IMG/VR virus record: IMGVR_UViG_3300020473_000010
Span: 124,001 to 188,000 of that record
Length of the DNA: 64,000 nucleotides
Reading direction: 5' to 3' (one strand)
Below the pieces are notes generated by a model, which was not told where the DNA came from, did no database searches, and worked only from the letters and a program-made list of their open reading frames with translations. Numbering within the stretch: position 1 is the stretch's first letter; each line of letters opens with the position of its first letter. Both the position numbers and the translations under genes were made by a program. Below, piece after piece: positions 17,788-27,600 of the stretch.

Positions 17788-20700
17788 TAAAATTGTTTAC
17801 CTAATTTTGTAGAGAGATCGGAAGATGCTTGGATACCTTTTGTAAGGTTTTCAACCAGAGAATTAAATTGACCTGACTTATTAAGCGGAACTAATTCAAA
17901 GCTTGTTTTGAATTCTCCCGGACTTAATTTATGACTAACAGATGACACTAAATAAACATCATCGATTGTGGTACCTGTTTGAAAATCAACAAAAAACTGT
18001 TGACCAAAATTTAACATAGGACACCCGAAGGAATCCATTGAAAGTTTCACAGGGAAAACTCTGAGTGGTAAACCATCATCATGATCGTTTACTGGTGCTT
18101 CTGATGATCTGTTTTTTTGGCGCTTCATATGAATGACTTGCATTTGAGGATTTGAATTGGTTGCTAATGAAGCGTTTAAGATTGCCGAGTATTCTGTACC
18201 AAATTTAATTGTTGGCATGTATTTTGTAAACATATACCGCAGACCGTTTGGGCCGCCTTTTATCCGAAAATATTTCTTTTGAAGATTTGTGTTAATTTCT
18301 TCGTTTGTACTAACAGAAGGTTTTGATTCAACCATTTCTACAATATTTAAGGCCTCTAGTACCTCTAGTTGTTTTGAAAATAATTCTGCATATTGAGAAT
18401 CAGAGTCTCTTTGGGGATCTGTGTTTGTTTTATCTTTGGTAGAAGAAGAACCCATAATTTCTTTATTTATTAATCCAAATGAATCATTTTTAATAGAATT
18501 CCACATTTCTGCAAATCCTGGATATGCCGTTGCTGATTTATCGAAAAAATGGACTCTGCAAATTGTTTTTGCAGGATCTTTGGTTGCTGGTACACACTCA
18601 ATATAAATTGAAATAGATGGTTTTTTAAATCTATATTCTGCATTAGGGTTTTTATATGCTTTTTTGAGAACACCCTCTTTTACAGATGGCAATGTTAGTT
18701 TAAAAGCGGCATCCTTTTTTTCATTTTTGTGTTTAATTAATGTTGCTTTCCCTGTCTTTTCATCCCGGGAATATATGGATCCAAAGCCGTATGCATGCGC
18801 CGCCGTATTACTAAAAAATTCTCTGTTCATAAACCCTATAAATTGTCCAATAGTAAACGTTTTGGAAGATTTCATTTTTTTCAAAATAGCGGATTTAAAA
18901 TACTTTAATTCTATTGGAAAGGATCCAACATCGTCGTCACGAGCAAATGATGCAAACTCATTCATTGGATAGAAAATCATTTGTACTTCATCAAAATTAT
19001 GGGTTGCTGCTAATGGGGAGCCAATAAAATTACACGCTATTTTCGCAAATGACGCATATTTTGCAGGACTGTCATCTGGATCAATTTTCTGTTCGGAATT
19101 TTTTTTGAGGAAAGGATCATTTCCATCTGTACATCTTTTGATTTTTTCTCGTGATATTTTTTCTATTCTTGCACGGTAACTTTTTAATCCACCATTTGCA
19201 GTTGATGACCCAGAACCTTTTGACCCATTAACAGCCGAAAGTAATGCATCTGATAATTCAGACATTGCATCGCCGTCAGCTTTTGAGGCTTTATGGATTT
19301 TTTTCTGAATTTCCATTAATTTTTTAATATCTTCATCCGACATTGACAACATAGAAGATACACTATTAACTTTTCCTAAAACTTCTCCACCAGAAACAAT
19401 GTCAGAAAGACTTTTAAATCCAAGTGATTTTAGTTTTTTTCGAACAGAATTAATGGTTTTTACACATTCTTGAATATGGTCTAGAGCATTTCCAGCATCG
19501 TCATCCGTAATTAATTTATATGCTGTTTCTCTAGATCCTTTTGAATATAGTTTTAGATTAACTTTTACTTCCCCATTTGGATCAAAAGAATAAGAACTGT
19601 TCATTACACCGAATTTTTCCTTGCTTCTCATTGAGTTTAATAACATTCCATACGGAGATTCTTTGTTTGGGTGAGACCATCCAAATTCTACTAATATTTC
19701 AATATCCCCTAAGCCTCCCGGGGTAACAAGCTGTGTAATTTCATGTAATCTGCTTCTGTCGTGTAGTATAAAAGACATTTCAGCTGTCTTAGTTGACAAG
19801 GTACCGACTGAAGGCAAAACTTTTATATTAAATGATTGCAGTGTCATAAACGGTCTAAATTTATCAATGACTGATGTTCCGCGATTAGGGATTATTGTTC
19901 CTGCCGTTGTTGAAATTGGGGGGCCAATATCTTGATATGGCTCATTTCCATTAACTAGCGTTTGGGGTGCTGTAAAGACTTCCATTCCAGCAAGCGTTTT
20001 TTCACTTTCGTCGTCTTGGGTTGCTAATAAGCTAGCCGATTCTTTTTTTACTGGCTTTCCGGAAAGAAAATCAGCTATATTTTTATCTACTTTAGAATTT
20101 CCATCTAAAAACCTAAATAAAGAAATTCCTTGGCCAATTATATCATCATCTAAAACCGGGGTATTTGTAATTAATTGTACATCCAAATATGGAACACATT
20201 GGCTGATTTCTATAGATGGGAGAGCACTCATAAATATTGATACAGCGCCTGTATATCTGTTTGCAAAATTTAATGCAGCTGAATGGAATTGAACTATAGC
20301 CAAAGATGGTAATTCTTTAGACGGATCTGCCGTATGACTATTGAGTGTGGATTCTGGTGAAATTAAATCTGTAATACTTATGTCTTTACAAACGTGTGGG
20401 GCTGTTATTGGATTATAGGCGGACTTGTCCGCTGTTACTGTGAATAACCGATTATTCCCTGTTGTCTTGCTGCCTGCGATCGCAGTTGCAACGGCAGTAC
20501 CTTGGGCTTTCGTCATAAAAGAAGAAACTCGATTATTAAATTCTGAAATGAACAATCCTCCATCTGTTAATCCTAATATTCCGCTAGTAAGAAAGTTAAT
20601 AGGATCTTCAGCATCTGTTGAGGCTTTTTTTACAATATCCGCTGAAGGATTTGCTTTAATCGTAGATTTTCCATTAAGCATGTCTGCTTCAACTTGCTGT

Positions 20701-20831
20701 GTTGTAGCGGCAAACCCTAAAAGTTTTGCCATAAACTCACTTGAGCTTGTAATACCATACATTCTCCCTAATTGGGCTATAGCCTCTTCGAGCTCTGTTG
20801 CTGTTGGAGCATTTGAATCTGTTGATATCAT
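17787..20831 (-). CDS. baseplate hub-like tail protein
   Basis: 1014 aa after LysM-like gene; ILVEFGWS, C-terminal FGCPMLNFGQQFFVDF...YLVSSVSHKLSPGEFKT resembles hub (gp27/gpD-like) ends. Confidence 0.55.
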   Translation of the reverse strand: MISTDSNAPTATELEEAIAQLGRMYGITSSSEFMAKLLGFAATTQQVEADMLNGKSTIKANPSADIVKKASTDAEDPINFLTSGILGLTDGGLFISEFNNRVSSFMTKAQGTAVATAIAGSKTTGNNRLFTVTADKSAYNPITAPHVCKDISITDLISPESTLNSHTADPSKELPSLAIVQFHSAALNFANRYTGAVSIFMSALPSIEISQCVPYLDVQLITNTPVLDDDIIGQGISLFRFLDGNSKVDKNIADFLSGKPVKKESASLLATQDDESEKTLAGMEVFTAPQTLVNGNEPYQDIGPPISTTAGTIIPNRGTSVIDKFRPFMTLQSFNIKVLPSVGTLSTKTAEMSFILHDRSRLHEITQLVTPGGLGDIEILVEFGWSHPNKESPYGMLLNSMRSKEKFGVMNSSYSFDPNGEVKVNLKLYSKGSRETAYKLITDDDAGNALDHIQECVKTINSVRKKLKSLGFKSLSDIVSGGEVLGKVNSVSSMLSMSDEDIKKLMEIQKKIHKASKADGDAMSELSDALLSAVNGSKGSGSSTANGGLKSYRARIEKISREKIKRCTDGNDPFLKKNSEQKIDPDDSPAKYASFAKIACNFIGSPLAATHNFDEVQMIFYPMNEFASFARDDDVGSFPIELKYFKSAILKKMKSSKTFTIGQFIGFMNREFFSNTAAHAYGFGSIYSRDEKTGKATLIKHKNEKKDAAFKLTLPSVKEGVLKKAYKNPNAEYRFKKPSISIYIECVPATKDPAKTICRVHFFDKSATAYPGFAEMWNSIKNDSFGLINKEIMGSSSTKDKTNTDPQRDSDSQYAELFSKQLEVLEALNIVEMVESKPSVSTNEEINTNLQKKYFRIKGGPNGLRYMFTKYMPTIKFGTEYSAILNASLATNSNPQMQVIHMKRQKNRSSEAPVNDHDDGLPLRVFPVKLSMDSFGCPMLNFGQQFFVDFQTGTTIDDVYLVSSVSHKLSPGEFKTSFELVPLNKSGQFNSLVENLTKGIQASSDLSTKLGKQF

Positions 20832-21121
20832 CCGACATAACCTTTAATTTGTTGCATATCTAACGGTATAATTAATCTTGTTCCGGGTGGAACCTGTAAA
20901 CTCCAGCCTATTCCAGACAATGCAGCGATCACCCACCACTTAGAAGCGTCACCATAATATCTTCCGGCTAAAATATCTAAACGGTCACCATCTCTTGAAA
21001 CTTCAGTTCGGGTTTTAATTTTTCCTTGTTCGTAAGCTAGCCTTAATTGCGGAAGGGTTTTAGAAGTAGATAAACCTTTCCCACCTGCGATTAAAAAATT
21101 TCTCCCATATCTTCTAGCCAT
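20828..21121 (-). CDS. LysM-like baseplate wedge protein (gp53/P2 gpX-like)
   Basis: GDRLDILAGRYYGDASKWWVIAALSGI...VPPGTRLIIP. Confidence 0.8.
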   Translation of the reverse strand: MARRYGRNFLIAGGKGLSTSKTLPQLRLAYEQGKIKTRTEVSRDGDRLDILAGRYYGDASKWWVIAALSGIGWSLQVPPGTRLIIPLDMQQIKGYVG

Positions 21122-21133
21122 CTGTTTTTTCCT

Positions 21134-24100
21134 TTAGTCTTTGCCTGGAATACCGGCTTTCGTTGTAGGTGTTACATCACCTTTTGCCTTTTCGCCATTG
21201 ATTGTTTTTAGATGCTCATTATAATCTTTGGTTGCCATCCAAAAATCACCTTGTAATTGCCGGTTTATATCACCAATTCCGTATACTGGGGCCCTGTTAA
21301 ATCCGTCTGCGTCAAGGCCTGGAGTGATATCGTGGATTGGAACACAACTAATGGATATTTCACACCCTGTAGGCCCGCGTTTTCCCGGGGTGGTTTCCCA
21401 TAATGTGCTATTAAGCTTCCAATCAATTCCTAATCCAGAGATTGCACATGCTAAACCTCTACCTCCGGAAGATCTAAAACTTCTGATTATTGGATTTCCT
21501 TTATCAGTTCCGTCAAAAAGAAATGATCTCCCGGGCGAGCCAAAACTTGGGAGGAAAACATCAGCAAACGCTGTAATTGACCCGGCTGGATCTATGTTTG
21601 TAATATTTTTCTGTTTAATTTTTACTAATGATGGTTCTCCAGCTTCGGTATTTGCATCATTTATAAACATCCAGTATTGGCCGTCCTGCAGGTCGCTTGG
21701 TTTTAGACCTTTATATCTACTAGCTAAATCTCCTGCTTCTGCAAAACCGTTTTTAGTAATAAAAACATAGCCAGTTAACTTCATTCTTCTTTTCATTTTT
21801 CCACCTTTGATACCAAAGAATGCGTCAGAACCCCGGGGTGCTACAAAATCTGCTTTACCAAAAAACGGAAGAATTCCTTTGTTTTTTGCAAGCTCTTTGT
21901 TCCATGCATTTACTGCTTCAACAGTAGCTTCTGTTACTAGGTTATCCAATAAATCTCCCCCGCCTTTTCCATCATAAACGAATTCAGGATCTCCAGCTCC
22001 CATCATTCTTCCTAAAGTTTGGTCTGAATAATTACTTCTGAATAAATCTCCTATTCTGATTCTTACCAAAGGAGATGCTGTAGGAACCTGAGAAAAAGGA
22101 ATAACAAATTTATTCGAATCTGTTTCCATCATGGTCCCTCGAGAATATTGAGGATATACTAATGTTGTTAATTTGTTAATTTTATAATACATCTCATCCA
22201 TATCAGCTGGAGACATTGCTTGAAGAATAAAATTAAACGAAATTGATCTTGAGGCGCCGCCATATATTTGGGCAGCTTCTATTCTTCCGAACCCTTTTTG
22301 CGCGCTCCATTCTGCACTGAAACCATCCGAAAGGGAAGAAAGAAAAGCATTAAAAGAAATAATTTCATTTGTTCTTAAATCATGGAAGTAGAATGGCATA
22401 TATTCTGCCTCTAGCATATCTTCCATTGCTTTTACTTCTTCTTCTGAAAATCTATTATTTGTAGCCTCGTTTGGGTGGCCGAGCTTGGAGCGTATTGCAC
22501 CGTTTAATTTTTTTGCTACTGGATCATTTTTTAAGAAATTCTCTACAAATTCATTGTTTGCGGTATTTGGAGTTAAACCTATTTTGTGGAGACCATTATC
22601 TAGCCCTAAATTTTCCATTGTAATTGCGGCGCGCTGCAGAGATCTAGGAAGTAGCATCATCGATGGAGTTGATGAAACACTAACTATAGATTTTCCGGAA
22701 AAGTCTCTATGTTTTGCAACTCTGTTAACACCGGTATCAGGAAGTAAATCGATTGGTACATCGTTTTCTGAATATAGATATTTTCCAAAAAACCCTGCTG
22801 CTACAGATATCTCACCAAGGGTTGAAAGGATTTGGACAAATCTCATGAGTTTGTTTTCTTTCATTTTGCGAAAATACGCAATTAGATCGACTTGGTCTCC
22901 GCTAGAAGAGTATGTGTCTAGATAAACCCTATTCCTTTGAAGGCTTCTCAAAATGCTAGCATAGTATCCTGAACTTGCTCCTAAATCTGCTAGCTGGCCT
23001 ACAACTAGAGTAATCCACCCATAAGCTATAGACTGTGTGAACGGGATTATGAGAGCGCGAGCAACTGATTTATCTTCTGCTAAAGCCTGCATAACAAAAG
23101 CCGGCTTTCTAACCTCCAAGAAATCTAAGAAATCTTCTAGAAGATTAACAACTCTTGCTCCAACCTGACCGGTAATTCCCGGGGCGCCTCCAATTGCGAA
23201 TTCTGGCAATTGGTATTTTTGTCTAGTTCGGGATTGTCCTTTGTTTAGCCTTACTGTACTAGCTGCTGGGCCAGCAAAAATAGCATCGTTTGGAGTTTTC
23301 TTTCCGGTGAGAGAAACTAACATATTTACGCCGTTGGTTGCCAACAAGAGAGCTTCGGCAATTAACCAATATTGAATAGCCATCCCCAAAGATGAAAACA
23401 TACCTGCGATAGCTTGGTCAAACATTGCTCGACTGGAGAAATCTTCCATATAGGAATTTAATTGCCCATAAGATTCTGAAGTATAATCTGAAAATTTTAT
23501 ATCATCATCTGAAAAATCTTCATCGGTTTTATCTTGATTAAAAGAGTGGAGATCTTCAACAGGGATTCTTTTTGTTCCCAAAGGCACAGCGCCTAATCCA
23601 TCTCCAAACGTTACGGAGCCCAATGCTGCTTTGGCTACAATTCCATTGAATCCTCCAAACCCTTGGTTTGATGACACTGTATCTTCAGCGTCTTCTACTT
23701 TTGTACCGGGTTTTCGGTCTCCAGTAGCTGATAGCATTAATGATCTTCCAATTCTGGCTAATCTTTTAAATTCATCTGGGGACGTTGTGTTATATGAACC
23801 ATCAGGTCTAGCACTGATATCTTGGAAATCTCCAAATTGACTTTGAGAAAATCTAGTGCGCACTGTTCCAGAATCATCTTTTGTAAACCTGTTGTGTTTT
23901 AAGATACTAGAGATTGGATTTTCTTCTTTTAAATTTCTTAATAAATGATGACCACTAACTTGATCATTTTTGTTAATAATGCTGTCAACATCTTCGAATG
24001 TCCCTGAAATATTTTCTGGACCTGGAGTACCACCATTGGATAAATTATTAAAAATATTAACAGCTTCTGATTCTAGGTTTTGAACTTCTTTTAAATAATG

Positions 24101-24388
24101 GTTCTGTGAACTATTAGGGGTTGTTAATTCAGAAGGGAGCCCTGAAATCCTGTCATATAATTCGATTTCTTGCGATCCTGCAACATACGATACAGGGTAA
24201 GGATTATTTGAAGCCTCTATGCCCTGCTCATTTCTTCCATAGTCATAATTTGTAGCATTTCCTCGAGTAAGTTCAGATAAATAACCTCCCAAAGTTTCTT
24301 TTCTCTCTTGCGAAAGATCGGCATTATCTATGATTATAGGGTGCGGTACCGGAGATACGTTTTCGTTAGGATCGTTTGCCATTTTCAA
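21134..24388 (-). CDS. baseplate/tube-initiator-like structural protein
   Basis: FYFHDLRT...FNAFLSSLSDGFSAEW...GRIEAAQIYGGASRSISFNF...PLVRIRIGD; lies between tape measure and LysM gene. Confidence 0.55.
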   Translation of the reverse strand: MKMANDPNENVSPVPHPIIIDNADLSQERKETLGGYLSELTRGNATNYDYGRNEQGIEASNNPYPVSYVAGSQEIELYDRISGLPSELTTPNSSQNHYLKEVQNLESEAVNIFNNLSNGGTPGPENISGTFEDVDSIINKNDQVSGHHLLRNLKEENPISSILKHNRFTKDDSGTVRTRFSQSQFGDFQDISARPDGSYNTTSPDEFKRLARIGRSLMLSATGDRKPGTKVEDAEDTVSSNQGFGGFNGIVAKAALGSVTFGDGLGAVPLGTKRIPVEDLHSFNQDKTDEDFSDDDIKFSDYTSESYGQLNSYMEDFSSRAMFDQAIAGMFSSLGMAIQYWLIAEALLLATNGVNMLVSLTGKKTPNDAIFAGPAASTVRLNKGQSRTRQKYQLPEFAIGGAPGITGQVGARVVNLLEDFLDFLEVRKPAFVMQALAEDKSVARALIIPFTQSIAYGWITLVVGQLADLGASSGYYASILRSLQRNRVYLDTYSSSGDQVDLIAYFRKMKENKLMRFVQILSTLGEISVAAGFFGKYLYSENDVPIDLLPDTGVNRVAKHRDFSGKSIVSVSSTPSMMLLPRSLQRAAITMENLGLDNGLHKIGLTPNTANNEFVENFLKNDPVAKKLNGAIRSKLGHPNEATNNRFSEEEVKAMEDMLEAEYMPFYFHDLRTNEIISFNAFLSSLSDGFSAEWSAQKGFGRIEAAQIYGGASRSISFNFILQAMSPADMDEMYYKINKLTTLVYPQYSRGTMMETDSNKFVIPFSQVPTASPLVRIRIGDLFRSNYSDQTLGRMMGAGDPEFVYDGKGGGDLLDNLVTEATVEAVNAWNKELAKNKGILPFFGKADFVAPRGSDAFFGIKGGKMKRRMKLTGYVFITKNGFAEAGDLASRYKGLKPSDLQDGQYWMFINDANTEAGEPSLVKIKQKNITNIDPAGSITAFADVFLPSFGSPGRSFLFDGTDKGNPIIRSFRSSGGRGLACAISGLGIDWKLNSTLWETTPGKRGPTGCEISISCVPIHDITPGLDADGFNRAPVYGIGDINRQLQGDFWMATKDYNEHLKTINGEKAKGDVTPTTKAGIPGKD

Positions 24389-24620
24389 CTAATTCCTTAA
24401 TGATATTTTGGGCTTTTTCTTGTGTAAGATTCTTTTTAAAGTTATTTACATCTTTTTGTAGCTCGTTAGAAAGCCCCAAAATATAAGAAAGCATTTCTTC
24501 TCTTTTGTTTTCCTCTAGTTTCGAAAGTGCTAAATGAGTCTCTGGTAAAGACATAATAATATTATAAATACTGAAGTGCTCTTTTTCTTCTGGGATATTT
24601 TTTACTGTTTTTTCAGCCAT
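24366..24620 (-). CDS. hypothetical tail-region protein
   Basis: 84 aa, AGGAG SD, packed after tape measure. Confidence 0.7.
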   Translation of the reverse strand: MAEKTVKNIPEEKEHFSIYNIIMSLPETHLALSKLEENKREEMLSYILGLSNELQKDVNNFKKNLTQEKAQNIIKELVENGKRS

Positions 24621-24630
24621 TTATTTACTC

Positions 24631-27600
24631 CTAGTGATTTTCCATATAAGACCATACTCTTTCGTCTGGATTCATTTCGAAATATGAATCTCCATTGAAG
24701 CCTTTGGAGAGAATGGATGCAACATCTCGTGAGTCCATACTAACATTTAGGCTTAGTTTAACATTAACTCCTTTGGCAGTTACTGTAACCTCATTTCCAT
24801 CTTTGTTATTGACCCCTAAAATATTTCCGTATTTTTTAATTAAGTGCGTGCTCGTTTCTCCCAGGTCAACGTCACCCATTAATCTAGCAACCTCAGATGC
24901 CTCGTAAAGAATCTCTTCCGCGATATAAGAAGGAGTGGAAAAGGTATCCCATGCTTTATTATACTGTTTTACAAAGGCTGCTGTACCTTCAAAAAGAGCA
25001 TTAATTTTACCAACTTTAAAGATTTTAGTAAATGTTTCAGTTGCTTTGTCGATGAATTCTAATCCTCTCATACCGCCTTCAAATAATGTTTGGTTTGTTT
25101 GAACATCTTGAAATACTTTTGCCATTTCGCAGATATATGCTGATACTACCATAAAGGCATAGCGTATTTTAGTTAAGCTTGGGAGTTCTGCTTTTGCTAC
25201 ACCTTGAATACCTGCCGTGATTCCAGGAATCATTCCGACGGCATCAAGAGCGGCGCCGACACCTTCTTTTTTAACAGTAATAGAATTTGCAATTGTTTCC
25301 ATTCCTTTAAAAATTGTTTTCATTTGGCGGAGAAATGATCCTTGGAAAAGAGTAGACATTAATGCCAAAGCGTCTTTAAGTTTTTGCCCACCTTTGTCAA
25401 ACGTTTCTACTTCGACCTGTTCATATGTGTATGCATCATTGATCATTCCTTCTTCGTATCCGGAAATCCTAGATTCTAATTTCTTACCAGTCATCATTGC
25501 CATCACTTGCCCAATTCCGCTAAATAGCTGAGCTAGTGCACTCATTGCAGCGACAACCATATCCATTTTTGGCTTTAATTCTTTTGGATTTTTAATTCCT
25601 TTAGCAATATTAATAACTTTGTTAATAATATCTTTCATATTATCGCCAACAGAGTCTAGTATCATTTTAACTGCATCACCCATGGCTCGAGCAATTTCAG
25701 CAACATCTGCTCCTCCTTCAAAAGCTTCTTTTGGTAGCTTAGAGATAGATGCCATTGGTCCAATCATCCCTGCAGCTAATTTAGAAACGGCACCGAGAAT
25801 ATCAGCAACAACAGACATTTTTTCCATTTGTTCAGGGGTCATTCCAGCGAATACAGTGATTAAATCTTTAATAGAGTCAATAACCCCTTTTACAGATTTT
25901 AGTACTCCTGTTGTAAAGTCCTGAATTTTATCCATGATTTTACCCATCTTTTTAGTATCGGTTTTTTTCCATGGACCCCACCCAGTAGATGCGTTTCTTT
26001 CTGCAAACTCTGCTGCTCTCATTCCAACATCGACCATTGGCATCATTGCTTTCATAATTTTTTCTAGAACAGTGACTTTTGTTTCAAGCGATTTTGGATC
26101 TGCTACTTTAATATCATTTATTTTCTTTAAAACGTCTAATAACATAGGAAATGCTTTCTTGAAGAAAAGATGAAGCATTGCATATCCTGCGATTGCGGTA
26201 GCGCCAAATGCAACTGCAGATAATGGATTAGTAAAAAATGCGCCAACTTTTACAGAAGCCCATAACATCCCAACCATTACTAATAAAACCTGACCTACAA
26301 GGGGCAACAGTTTTTCAAGCAGATCAAAATTTAAGTCTGCTTTTTCTGCTGCTTTCTGTACAACCCATAAACCGCCCACCATTACTGGCATTCCGAGAAC
26401 TAATGCAGCAGCAAGAGCAACAAAGCCGGCGCCTATAACTGCTAATTGAGGGCCCATTACCAAAGCACCTACGCCAAGTGATGCAAGAATTAATCCACCA
26501 GCTGCCGTAACAGCGACTCCCAATCCAGCCATGGCTTCACCTATTTGGGCCCAATCTAGATTCATTTTTGATACTGCTATTCCAAATAACTTGAGGGCTA
26601 ACACTAGTGCCGAAGCGCCGATTGCTATTGCAACTGCAAGGCCGGCAAGGCCGGCAAGAATGATTGCCAGTTGAGGACCTGAAACTAATGGCCCTACTAA
26701 AGCTGCGGCCCCGATCATTAAGCCGCCGGCGATAACCGCAATGATTAGTCCAGCCATGGCTTCACCTATTTGGAGCCAATCAAGGTTTAATTTTGAGACG
26801 GCATAACCAAATACAGCTAATGCAGCAACAAATACAGGGGCTGCTAAGGCAATCACACCCGCCGCGGCGGCAAGGCCAATTGCCGCTTGGCCATAAGCAG
26901 ATTTAGGGATCTCTCCAATCTTTTCACCACCTTTGATCATTGCATAAGCGCCCACCATTGCTGCAGCGATTTGAATCATTACTAACCCCATTAGCAACCA
27001 TTCTGCTGGACCTAAGCCGGTTGCTGCGATTGCACCGAAGAAAACCGTACCCATAACTAGTACAACTGCGGCGGCGGCAGTAACAAAACCAGCCCCCATT
27101 AATGCTAAGTTAACAGTTGCTTTCATAATATCTTTAGGGTTAATGTCTGCAAGGGCCGTAATAAAACTTCCTTGTCCTTCTGCTGCTGCGCCCAGGTTTC
27201 CAGTACCGGCAGGGGGTTTTGGAGGTGCTCCTACTTGAGCAACTTGACCAGAAAATTTCTTAGCTAGCAATTCAATACCAGCCTTGACACCAGCAGAAGC
27301 CAGTGATGCAGCCATTGCTGTTACCATACCTTTAGTAATCATGAATAGGAACATTTTTGTAACAATAGGCATTACAATCGGTTTTGCTAAGTCCCATAAT
27401 ACTCCAAAAAGTGAACCAATTGCAGGAAGGAGCTGCTCAACAACTACTGGCTTGATTTTATTGAAAGCTTCAACTAGGGCACCGCCGATTCCTTCTCCGG
27501 CTGCATTAACAGCACCGCCTTCCTGGAAGGCTCCTCCTAAAGCATCGGCAAATTGCTGGATATATTTTGCGGCGCCGGAGAGAATTTTTGGTGCCAAGTC

